Program-made: the position numbers and the translations under genes | Notes under the pieces: model-generated | Seen by the model: only the letters and a program-made list of their open reading frames with translations | The model's database searches: none | Told to the model about the DNA's origin: nothing | Assembly: GCA_945786985.1 (NCBI GenBank) | Contig: CALZGC010000160.1 | Coordinates: 1,031-65,030, forward strand | Source: an uncultured Nitrospirota bacterium | GTDB taxonomy: Bacteria; CG2-30-53-67 | Reading direction: 5' to 3' | Length of the DNA stretch: 64,000 bases | Shown: one piece after another, positions 54,628-62,645 of the stretch | Position numbering within the stretch: position 1 is the stretch's first letter | Layout of the letters: every line of letters begins with the position of its first letter

Positions 54628-56141
54628 AGATACTGCTGATCAAACCGCCGCTGAACAAGACCTCCATCATTGGGGACTCGCTCATCGAACCGCTGGAGTT
54701 GGAAATCCTGGCCGCCACCGTGTCGCAGTATCCCTGCAGGATTCTGGACATGCGGATCGATGCCGATCTGAAGAGCACGCTCGAGGAGTTTCTTCCCGAC
54801 CTGGTCGGCATCACGGCCTACACCACCGAGGTGCCGATGGTGCGCGGTCTTATCCGTCGTGTGAAGGTGCTGGCGCCGTCGGCTTTCGTAGTGGTCGGTG
54901 GATGCCACGCGTCGGTTGTGCCCCGAGATTTCTTTGCCACCGGCGTGGACGCCGTGGCCGTGGGTAACGGCGAGGCCCTCTTCCCGGGTCTGGTCAACGC
55001 GATCGCCCGGCGCGGGGATCTCTCCCAGGTGTCTGGGCTTTGGCACCGCTCGAAGGACCGATACGCGTACACGGGCGATCCGCCGTTCCTGAAAGACCTC
55101 AATACGCTGCCGCCGCCGGCCCGCTGGCTGACGCAGTCCTACCGGCACCGGTATTTCTTTGGGCGTAACCGCCCGGCCGCCGCCATCATGACGTCCCGGG
55201 GGTGTCCCTTCCGGTGCAGTTTCTGTTCCATCTGGAAGATGATGAACGGGAAATACTTGGTCCGAAACGCCGAGAAAGTGGTGGAGGAGCTGTCTGACAT
55301 CCAAGAACGGCACGTCTTCATTGCCGACGACAACACCCTCTCTCACGCCCGCCATGCCGGGGGTCTGGCTGCTGCCATTGGGCGGGCCGGTCTTCGCAAG
55401 TGCTATAAAATGTACGGACGGGCGGATGCCATTGTCTCCCGACCGGATATCGTTGAGCAGTGGCGTTCGGTCGGTCTTCAGACCGTCATCATGGGGCTCG
55501 AGTCGTTTCAGGACCGGAGACTCACCCAATTCAACAAGGGCAGCACGGTCGATCTTCAGAACCGTGCCATCGAAATCCTGAAGGCCAACGGTATCCGGGT
55601 GCGGGCCTATTTTATCGTCGATCCCGATTTCACGCGGGGCGACTTCCGGGCGCTGCTGGACTACGTCGAGCGGGAAGAAATCACGGAACCGATGTTTTCG
55701 ATTCTGACGCCCCTGCCAGGTACCGACTTGTTTGAGCAATCGCGAGAGCGGCTCCTGCTGGACCGCCATGAACTGTTCGACCTGGTGCACGCCGTGCTGC
55801 CGACACGACTCCCGCGCCGGGAGTTTTACGCGGAGTTCAGCAAGCTTTACCGAAAGAGCTACCCCCTGAAGAAGATCCTCGGGGTCAATGGGGCCCCGCT
55901 GCGGGCCGGGCGCCTCGTAGGCGGCGGACTGGCCTATCTCAAGATGCGGGCCATCACCCGGAGGATGGAACACGCCTATCGCATTGAGGAGAAGATCCAT
56001 GCCGAGACTCGTACTGATCAACCCGGTATCCAACACGAAGCGGGGCATCCAGCGGCGAAAAATCACGCGCTTCCCGCCCCTGGGGCTGGCGTCTCTCGCC
56101 GCCATGACTCCGCCGAACTGGACGGTGACCCTGGTGGATGA
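54624..56141 (+). CDS. B12-binding (class B) radical SAM protein 1
   Basis: N-terminal cobalamin-binding Rossmann-like domain (MKILLIKPP...); radical SAM CPFRCSFC; 4-nt overlap with the upstream gene. Confidence 0.75.
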   Translation: MKILLIKPPLNKTSIIGDSLIEPLELEILAATVSQYPCRILDMRIDADLKSTLEEFLPDLVGITAYTTEVPMVRGLIRRVKVLAPSAFVVVGGCHASVVPRDFFATGVDAVAVGNGEALFPGLVNAIARRGDLSQVSGLWHRSKDRYAYTGDPPFLKDLNTLPPPARWLTQSYRHRYFFGRNRPAAAIMTSRGCPFRCSFCSIWKMMNGKYLVRNAEKVVEELSDIQERHVFIADDNTLSHARHAGGLAAAIGRAGLRKCYKMYGRADAIVSRPDIVEQWRSVGLQTVIMGLESFQDRRLTQFNKGSTVDLQNRAIEILKANGIRVRAYFIVDPDFTRGDFRALLDYVEREEITEPMFSILTPLPGTDLFEQSRERLLLDRHELFDLVHAVLPTRLPRREFYAEFSKLYRKSYPLKKILGVNGAPLRAGRLVGGGLAYLKMRAITRRMEHAYRIEEKIHAETRTDQPGIQHEAGHPAAKNHALPAPGAGVSRRHDSAELDGDPGG

Positions 56142-57444
56142 GAACATCGCCCCGGCCGTTCTGCCCGAGGCCGATCTGGTGGGGATTACCTCCTTTACCT
56201 CCACCATCAACCGGGCGTATGAACTCGCGAGCGCCTATCGAGACAGGGAGGTTCCGGTGGTGATGGGCGGCATTCATCCCACCATGGTCCCTGAAGAGGC
56301 CCGGCAGTTCGCGGACAGCGTCGTCCGGGGCGAGGCGGAGGCTCTCTGGCCTCAGGTGCTGCAGGATGCCGAACGCGGTTGTTTGAAGCCGATCTACGAG
56401 GGTCGTCCGGAGCGACTGTGCGACCTGCCCCATCCTCGGCGGGACCTTTTCGACCCCGGCTATGCCTGGGGCACCTTGCAGACGTCTCGCGGCTGCCCCA
56501 TGGACTGTCATTTCTGCTCCGTGACGGCCTTCAATGGGCGCCGATTCCGGCAGCGGCCCGTCGCAGACGTGCTCGATGAACTCGCGACCATCCCGCAGCA
56601 GAATATCTTCTTTGTGGACGACAACCTGCTGGGTTACGGCCGGCAGGCCGAGGCGCGGGCCATCGAGCTCTTTCGGGGGATGGTCGAGCGGGGGCTTCGC
56701 AAACGGTTCGCCTGCCAGACATCGCTCAATTTTGCCGACAACCCGCAGGTGCTCGAATGGGCGCAAAAAGCCGGTTGTAAAATGGTTTTTGTTGGACTAG
56801 AATCCGTTTCAGAGGGCTCTTTGGAGTCTATGGGGAAATCCTACAACCTGAAGAAAGGGACCGACCAGTATGCCGCATGCATCCGCCGCTGCCATGCACA
56901 CGGAATCGGCGTCATCGGGGCGCTCATCTTCGGCAGCGACGAGGACGATCCCGGGATCTTCAAGAGGACCCTCCGTTTTATTCGGACGTCCGGACTGGAC
57001 GTGATTCAGATCACCTTCGCCACCCCGCTGCCGGGGACCCGCTTTTTTGAGCGGCTACAGCGGGAAGGGAGGCTGACCCACACCGACTTTCCGGAAGATT
57101 GGAAGGCCTACAGCTTTTCCCGGATTCTCTTTCGGACCCGGGGAGTGTCGGTGGAGGATCTCTACCGCGGGATGGTGTATGTGAAGGACCACCTTTACAC
57201 TCCCATTCCCTTTGTCCGGCGGGCGCTTCGAACCCTACTGGAGACCCGAGACCTGGCCACCGCGGCGATGGCCTACAAACTGAACAAAGGGTATCGTAGA
57301 GGCTACCGTGAAACGACCTACTTCCAACCGTACTCCTCCATGCACCGCAAAGCTTCCGTCAGACAGCCCGCCCAGTCCCTCCAGCGTTGCGCCGCACCCG
57401 AGGGCGCCCAAGGCAGCCCGGGCGAGTGCGCCGTTGACGATTGA
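55999..57444 (+). CDS. B12-binding (class B) radical SAM protein 2 (DUF4070-like C-terminus)
   Basis: MPRLVLINPV...PPLGLASLAA B12-domain N-terminus; CPMDCHFC; start behind GAGGAG; overlaps the gene 1 ORF by 143 nt. Confidence 0.75.
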   Translation: MPRLVLINPVSNTKRGIQRRKITRFPPLGLASLAAMTPPNWTVTLVDENIAPAVLPEADLVGITSFTSTINRAYELASAYRDREVPVVMGGIHPTMVPEEARQFADSVVRGEAEALWPQVLQDAERGCLKPIYEGRPERLCDLPHPRRDLFDPGYAWGTLQTSRGCPMDCHFCSVTAFNGRRFRQRPVADVLDELATIPQQNIFFVDDNLLGYGRQAEARAIELFRGMVERGLRKRFACQTSLNFADNPQVLEWAQKAGCKMVFVGLESVSEGSLESMGKSYNLKKGTDQYAACIRRCHAHGIGVIGALIFGSDEDDPGIFKRTLRFIRTSGLDVIQITFATPLPGTRFFERLQREGRLTHTDFPEDWKAYSFSRILFRTRGVSVEDLYRGMVYVKDHLYTPIPFVRRALRTLLETRDLATAAMAYKLNKGYRRGYRETTYFQPYSSMHRKASVRQPAQSLQRCAAPEGAQGSPGECAVDD

Positions 57445-59689
57445 TCCATCCAAGATCAGGAATGAAGTCAACTGCCGCGCTTTCAACAATATTCTGATCT
57501 ACCTCGAGGAGAACTTCGGTGAGGAGGGGCTTCGGGAGTTGATTGGGAAGACCGGTATGACCGTCGCCTATCTGCGGGATCAGAACAACTGGGTCTCCTG
57601 GTCCTTCTACTGCGACCTGCTCGAGGAGCTGGTGACCTGGACGGGCGACCCCGGCGCCCCGTTCAAGGCCGGGACCTATTCGGGCCACAAACGGGCGTGG
57701 GGCTATCTCCACTACGTCTTCTATGCCTTCGGCAACGTGGGGCGGGTTCTGAAGAAAGCCTCCGAGATCGTTCCCCATTTCAACCGGGGGGCTGAGTGGA
57801 CCCTGCTCGATCTTCAGAAGAACCGGGCGACCATTCGGATCCGGATGAAGGAGGGCTATCCCGCCCGACGGGTCTGCTGCGAAAGCCGGATGGGGCAGGC
57901 CGTCGGTATCCCCAAGGCTTTCGGGATGCCTCCGGGCCGTGCGCGGGAGACCCAGTGCCAGGCCCGGGGGGGCGACGCCTGTGTCATGGAGGTTGCGTGG
58001 CTGAACCGCCCGCAGAAACTCTATGGCATCGCCGGGGCTCTTCTGGGGGCGCTGGCCGGCATGCTCTTTCACGTTGTGACCCCGGATCACCCGTGGAACG
58101 TCTTTGCCGCCGGACTCATCGCAGTGACGGGCTACCTGGCCGGGCGGCATCTCGATTACCGGCGGAGCGAAGCCGGCAATGCCCAGATCAACGCGGAGCA
58201 GACGGCGGCCTTGGAGGAGTCGGTCAAAATCATCGAGAACAAGTACGATGAGCTGAAGCGGGCCAACGATGGGCTCTTTGCTCTCCAAGAGATCAGCCGG
58301 GCCATTACCTCCACCCTGCAGCTTGATGAGGTTCTGCAGAAAGTACTGCAGATGGCCGTAGAACGCCTTAGTTTCGATCGGGCCGTGGTCATGCTCGTCG
58401 ACGAGAAGGAGGGCGTGCTTCGGGAGGGGCGCATCTACGGGGATGAGGCCCTCGTAGACTATGTCCGGAAGCTTCAGATCTGCATCAGCCCCCGATCACC
58501 GGTCGCTGAGGCAGTGCTTTACCGAAAGCGGGGCCAGATTGTCACGCAGGAATACATCGCCTCCGACAGCGCGACGCCTCTGGAAAAGCAGATTTTCCGG
58601 ATCACCCAGACGCCGGAGTATGTGGTCGCGCCGCTCGTAAGCCGGGACCGGCTTCTCGGAATCCTGGCGGCAGACCGCGCGCGCTCAGGCCTCCCAATTA
58701 AAGAGCAGGACAGGGATCTGATGGTCAGTCTGGCAAATCAGGTGGCCGTGGCCATTGAGAATGCCCGCTCTTTTCTGACCATAGAGGATCTCAACCTCAA
58801 CCTGGAAAGGAAAATCACGGAGCGGACCCGGGCCCTCGAGACCTCCCTGTTGGAGCTTACGGAGGCGCAGGAGCAGCTGATCCATACCGAGAAGATGTCG
58901 TCCCTGGGGCTCCTCATGTCCGGGCTCGCGCACGAAATCAACAATCCCATCAATTTCGCCCACAACGGTCTTCAGGCGATGCACCAAACACTCCGCAGGA
59001 TTCAAGACCTCTCCCGAAGCACCGTCAAACTATCCGACGGGGAAACCCGGGACCGGGCGGGAAAAGGGGAGCTTGAGGAGGCGCTCAGCGATTCGGAGCG
59101 CATCATGGAAATCATACAGACCGGGCTGAACCGCACGCGCGATCTTGTGGCGAGCCTCAAACACTTCTCCCGCCGCGAGGGGCGGGATCGAGAATACTTT
59201 ACCCTGGAGTCGTCTCTGCAGTCGGCCCTCACCATCCTGAGCCATCAAATGGCCGATCGCATTGCCGTGCAGATGGTTATCGGCGTTTCCGCAACGATCC
59301 TCGGCCATCCGGATCAGCTCAGCCAGGCCTTCCTCAACCTGATCCACAATGCCATCCAGGCGATCCCGGAGAAGGGCCATATCCGGATCATGGTGGATCC
59401 GACCGATTCGGGCCGCGTTCGGGTACTTATCCGAGACAATGGCCGGGGGATCGCGCCGGCCGATCTGCCCCGGATCTTCGAGCCCTTTTTCACCACCAAG
59501 AAATCAGGTGAGGGCACCGGTTTGGGAATGAGCATCTGCCGCCGGATCATAGAAAACCACGGGGGAACCATCCAGGTGTCGAGCCGGCCCGGACAAGGGA
59601 CGGATGTCACCGTCCAGCTTCCGGTGTGCCGGGAGCGGCAGGCGCGAGGCGAGGGCGTGCAGCGGGAGAAGTCGATTGGAGCCGATTGA
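57308..59689 (+). CDS. sensor histidine kinase: V4R-like / Cys-containing N-terminal sensor, TM segment, GAF, HisKA, HATPase_c
   Basis: CCESRMGQAVG...ETQCQARGGDACVMEV (V4R-like), GAF region, H-box LAHEINNPINF, N/G-box NAIQA...GTGLGMSICRRI; true start uncertain (low-complexity N-terminal 50 aa overlaps the upstream gene). Confidence 0.7.
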   Translation: MKRPTSNRTPPCTAKLPSDSPPSPSSVAPHPRAPKAARASAPLTIDPSKIRNEVNCRAFNNILIYLEENFGEEGLRELIGKTGMTVAYLRDQNNWVSWSFYCDLLEELVTWTGDPGAPFKAGTYSGHKRAWGYLHYVFYAFGNVGRVLKKASEIVPHFNRGAEWTLLDLQKNRATIRIRMKEGYPARRVCCESRMGQAVGIPKAFGMPPGRARETQCQARGGDACVMEVAWLNRPQKLYGIAGALLGALAGMLFHVVTPDHPWNVFAAGLIAVTGYLAGRHLDYRRSEAGNAQINAEQTAALEESVKIIENKYDELKRANDGLFALQEISRAITSTLQLDEVLQKVLQMAVERLSFDRAVVMLVDEKEGVLREGRIYGDEALVDYVRKLQICISPRSPVAEAVLYRKRGQIVTQEYIASDSATPLEKQIFRITQTPEYVVAPLVSRDRLLGILAADRARSGLPIKEQDRDLMVSLANQVAVAIENARSFLTIEDLNLNLERKITERTRALETSLLELTEAQEQLIHTEKMSSLGLLMSGLAHEINNPINFAHNGLQAMHQTLRRIQDLSRSTVKLSDGETRDRAGKGELEEALSDSERIMEIIQTGLNRTRDLVASLKHFSRREGRDREYFTLESSLQSALTILSHQMADRIAVQMVIGVSATILGHPDQLSQAFLNLIHNAIQAIPEKGHIRIMVDPTDSGRVRVLIRDNGRGIAPADLPRIFEPFFTTKKSGEGTGLGMSICRRIIENHGGTIQVSSRPGQGTDVTVQLPVCRERQARGEGVQREKSIGAD

Positions 59690-60410
59690 TTACAAGGCGT
59701 ATCCCATTCTCTTTGTCGATGACGAGTCGGAGAATCTGGACATCTTCTCGATTAACTTCCGGGATACCTTCACCATCCGTACGGCGCTGAGCGGTCCCGA
59801 AGGCCTGACCCTGCTGGCCCGCGAGCCGGTGGCGCTCGTTCTCTCGGACCAGCGGATGCCCGAAATGTCCGGCATCGAATTCCTCCGGGAGGTTCACCGG
59901 CGCTATCCGGATATTGTCCGGGTCCTCGTGACGGCCTACTCCGATCTGGATTTCGCCTCCGAGGAGACCGCCGGTTCCTTGCTCTACTCCTACGTTCTCA
60001 AACCCTGGGAGGGGAAGCTGCTGCGGATGCTCCTGATGCGGGGGGTCGAACAATTCCATCTCGTGTCGGCGCTCAAGCGGCTGGAGGCCGCACCGGCCAC
60101 ACAACGCATACCTTCTGCAAGAGGGTCCGAGATTGTTCGGGAGATTGATGCGTCCCTGGCATCCCTCCGGACCTATCTGGAGAGGATCCCGAAAAAGATC
60201 GCGGCCCTTCCTCTCTCCGATCCGGGCCGCCTGGACCGCGAATTCTGGGCAGAGTCCGAGACCCTGAGCCGGGACGAACTGACCCGGATCCGATCCCTCA
60301 TCGCCGAGTTGTCCGAAACGGGGGATGTCCGCAGTGGTGATCGAAGAGGTCACCATTCCCGCGGACAAGCCCCGGGGGAGGACCACGGAAACAAGAAGGG
60401 CAGCCGATGA
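59676..60410 (+). CDS. response regulator (receiver domain plus an uncharacterised roughly 120-aa C-terminal domain)
   Basis: ILFVDDE, LVLSDQRMPEMSG, LVTAYSD receiver motifs; TTG start overlaps the kinase stop by 14 nt. Confidence 0.7.
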   Translation: MEPIDYKAYPILFVDDESENLDIFSINFRDTFTIRTALSGPEGLTLLAREPVALVLSDQRMPEMSGIEFLREVHRRYPDIVRVLVTAYSDLDFASEETAGSLLYSYVLKPWEGKLLRMLLMRGVEQFHLVSALKRLEAAPATQRIPSARGSEIVREIDASLASLRTYLERIPKKIAALPLSDPGRLDREFWAESETLSRDELTRIRSLIAELSETGDVRSGDRRGHHSRGQAPGEDHGNKKGSR

Positions 60411-60501
60411 GGTCTGCGGGGCGGCCCGCGAGGGCCGCTCTTTGAATGAATTTTCGGGTGATCACGGCGTCCAAAGTGTCAGAAGTAACGCCCGAAAGAA
60501 C

Positions 60502-60530
60502 TTGACGCCCATGGGGGCGAGCGGTATACT
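60502..60530 (+). promoter_or_regulatory. sigma-70 promoter (TTGACG-17-TATACT) for the OmpA-family gene
   Basis: sequence match, about 40 nt before the RBS AAGGGAGG. Confidence 0.5.
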
Positions 60531-60569
60531 TCGATTTATTTTCAAATGGACCCCAAAGGGAGGATAAAC

Positions 60570-61274
60570 ATGAAGAGAAACAGACAGTTAGTAATCTTGG
60601 CGATGGCTGTGGCTTTCGTCTTTTCGCTGACCGGGTGTGCCCAGTGGCAGCAATCATCGAAGACAACCAAGGGAGCCGTGACCGGCGCTGCGGTGGGGGC
60701 CGCCACGGGCTATCTGCTCAAGCAGGGTGATTCCTCCAAGCGGGCCAAAGCGACCGTCCTTGGGGCCGCGGTGGGCGCCACGGCGGGCGGCCTTGTCGGG
60801 CGCTACATGGAGAACCAGGCGCGGGAACTCCAGGCGATTCAGGATGCACAGGTCCGGCTTGAGCAGGACAAGGTTTTTCTCACCTTTGACAGTGGCATTC
60901 TCTTCGACGTCAACTCGACTTCCCTAAAGGCCGGCGCCATGCAGAATCTGAACAAGGTGGCCGATGTGATGACCCGCTATCCGGAGACGAATATACTCGT
61001 CGCGGGGCATACCGACAGCAGCGGAACGGATCAACACAACCAGGGGCTCTCTGAGGACCGGGCGCGCTCCGTGTCCAACTATCTGGGCTCCCACGGGGTC
61101 AGCTCCTACCGCATCAGCACGGTGGGTTACGGTGAGTCCATGCCGATCGCCAGCAACAACACAGCGGCGGGGCGACAGGCCAACCGCCGGGTGGAAATCG
61201 AGATCAAGGCGAACCAGGCCCTGTACGAGCAGCAACAGCAGCAGGCGCCCGCCGGAGGCTATCCGGGGCAGTAG
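60570..61274 (+). CDS. OmpA-family lipoprotein (glycine-zipper plus OmpA C-terminal peptidoglycan-binding domain)
   Basis: lipobox LTGC; Gly-zipper GAAVGAATG; OmpA_C motifs (GHTDSSG, NQGLSEDRA, NRRVEI). Confidence 0.85.
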   Translation: MKRNRQLVILAMAVAFVFSLTGCAQWQQSSKTTKGAVTGAAVGAATGYLLKQGDSSKRAKATVLGAAVGATAGGLVGRYMENQARELQAIQDAQVRLEQDKVFLTFDSGILFDVNSTSLKAGAMQNLNKVADVMTRYPETNILVAGHTDSSGTDQHNQGLSEDRARSVSNYLGSHGVSSYRISTVGYGESMPIASNNTAAGRQANRRVEIEIKANQALYEQQQQQAPAGGYPGQ

Positions 61275-61316
61275 AGGGCCGCAGTAGACCGCTTCAGAAA
61301 GAACCATGATTTGACA

Positions 61317-61351
61317 GGCGGCCCTGATGGTAAAGTCGGGGCCGCTTTTTT
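61317..61351 (+). terminator. rho-independent terminator after the OmpA-family gene
   Basis: GGCGGCCC-loop-GGGGCCGC followed by TTTTTT. Confidence 0.7.
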
Positions 61352-61463
61352 CACGCCATGGCTGTGAAATGGCATCTTTCCCCAGAGCGACGGGCAAACT
61401 CGAAAACCCGTTAAGAATTGAGCCTATATCCTTCTCCCGAATCTTGCCTGGGGCTCCGAAACG

Positions 61464-61500
61464 GTGGAAACGCTTTTCCTAAAAGTGGAAAAAGTTTTCA
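61464..61500 (+). promoter_or_regulatory. paired palindromic motifs (tGGAAAcgcTTTTCC / GTGGAAAAAGTTTTCAC), candidate enhancer (UAS) about 150 bp upstream of a sigma-54 promoter
   Basis: read directly; a related GTGGAAA...TTTTCAC pair is at 35371-35408 upstream of the other PEP-CTERM gene. Confidence 0.35.
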
Positions 61501-61642
61501 CATCTGCACGATACTTTGAAGCCGATTCGTGCACCACAGACAGCGCCCGTTCAATCTCTCCTTTTCCGGGACAAAGAAAAACCTCATAATCACAATGTGA
61601 TAGAAATCCGTTTCTCCATTTTTCGTAATTAGGGTCCTATTT

Positions 61643-61656
61643 GGCAGGTGATTTGC
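61643..61656 (+). promoter_or_regulatory. sigma-54-type promoter (TGGCAG-N5-TTGCG; GG-N10-GC) upstream of PEP-CTERM gene 2
   Basis: tTGGCAGgtgatTTGCGa. Confidence 0.5.
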
Positions 61657-61769
61657 GATGCCCTATGATCTAGCGAGGTATGACTTCGAAGCAGTGCTAC
61701 CCTGCCACGGAGTCAAATTTGGACTAAAGACGATCCTTGGGGGGATTTTTCGCACGGGGGATGATAGGA

Positions 61770-62477
61770 ATGCGAGTTTCACGGGGGAAGTATCTGTTCT
61801 TGCCTTTTCTGTTGTGTTTTTTACTTCTGTTACAGGTCACGCCTGCCTCTAGCTCACCCATCATATTCGGCGGACGGGAAACGTCTTCCAACCATGCCGA
61901 TATTGATCCACTGCTCGCCGATTTTGTGATCCCCTTGGACGTGACCAACGACGACGCGGCTTATGGCGGCAAAGATGTGCTCCGTGTAACACTTGAGAAC
62001 AACAGTGCGGCGGAAAATCCCGGTTTCGACGGATACGAGATATCGTCCTTCACCTTCAACACCAGAGCCGGCATAGCATTTGAAAAAAAGGATGACGACA
62101 AGAACGGACTGCCCGACGGGCTGCTCTTCACAAGCATTTCGGGATTTGACACCCTCGATTCCGATTCCAATGTAAACGGTTTCGGGAGGTTCTCTTTGAG
62201 AATAAAGGACGGAGGCAACGTGACGATCGATCCGGGTGATACGGGGGAGTGGCACCTCTCAATTCAAGGAGGGCAAGAGCCTTACACATGGGAAATTTTT
62301 TGTCTTGTCAATAGTGACGGCTATCTAACCGGTGCCCACGTAAAACGCGTCGACGGGATAGGACAAACTGGTTTCGTCGGCGTTATGCCGACCGTGATCC
62401 CCGAACCCACGTCTCTCCTGCTGCTCGGGACCGGCGTCGTGGGACTCATCGGTCTTCGCCGGAAAGTGAAGAAATAA
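61770..62477 (+). CDS. PEP-CTERM sorting-domain protein
   Basis: signal peptide; C-terminus VIPEPTSLLLLGTGVVGLIGLRRKVKK*; alternative starts at 61737 (TTG) or 61761. Confidence 0.8.
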   Translation: MRVSRGKYLFLPFLLCFLLLLQVTPASSSPIIFGGRETSSNHADIDPLLADFVIPLDVTNDDAAYGGKDVLRVTLENNSAAENPGFDGYEISSFTFNTRAGIAFEKKDDDKNGLPDGLLFTSISGFDTLDSDSNVNGFGRFSLRIKDGGNVTIDPGDTGEWHLSIQGGQEPYTWEIFCLVNSDGYLTGAHVKRVDGIGQTGFVGVMPTVIPEPTSLLLLGTGVVGLIGLRRKVKK

Positions 62478-62526
62478 CAACGACGTTGCAATCGAAAAAT
62501 CTCCATCCCACAAGTGGGGATCATCC

Positions 62527-62560
62527 AGGCGGCATCTTGAATAAGATGCCGCCTTTTTTG
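62527..62560 (+). terminator. rho-independent terminator after PEP-CTERM gene 2
   Basis: AGGCGGCATCTT-GAAT-AAGATGCCGCC followed by TTTTTT. Confidence 0.75.
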
Positions 62561-62645
62561 TATCTCTTCAGATACGATAATCGGTTGACAAGGCCTCACG
62601 AATCATCATAAGATCAGCCTCGATCTCGCCCACCGGTGCCCGGAA

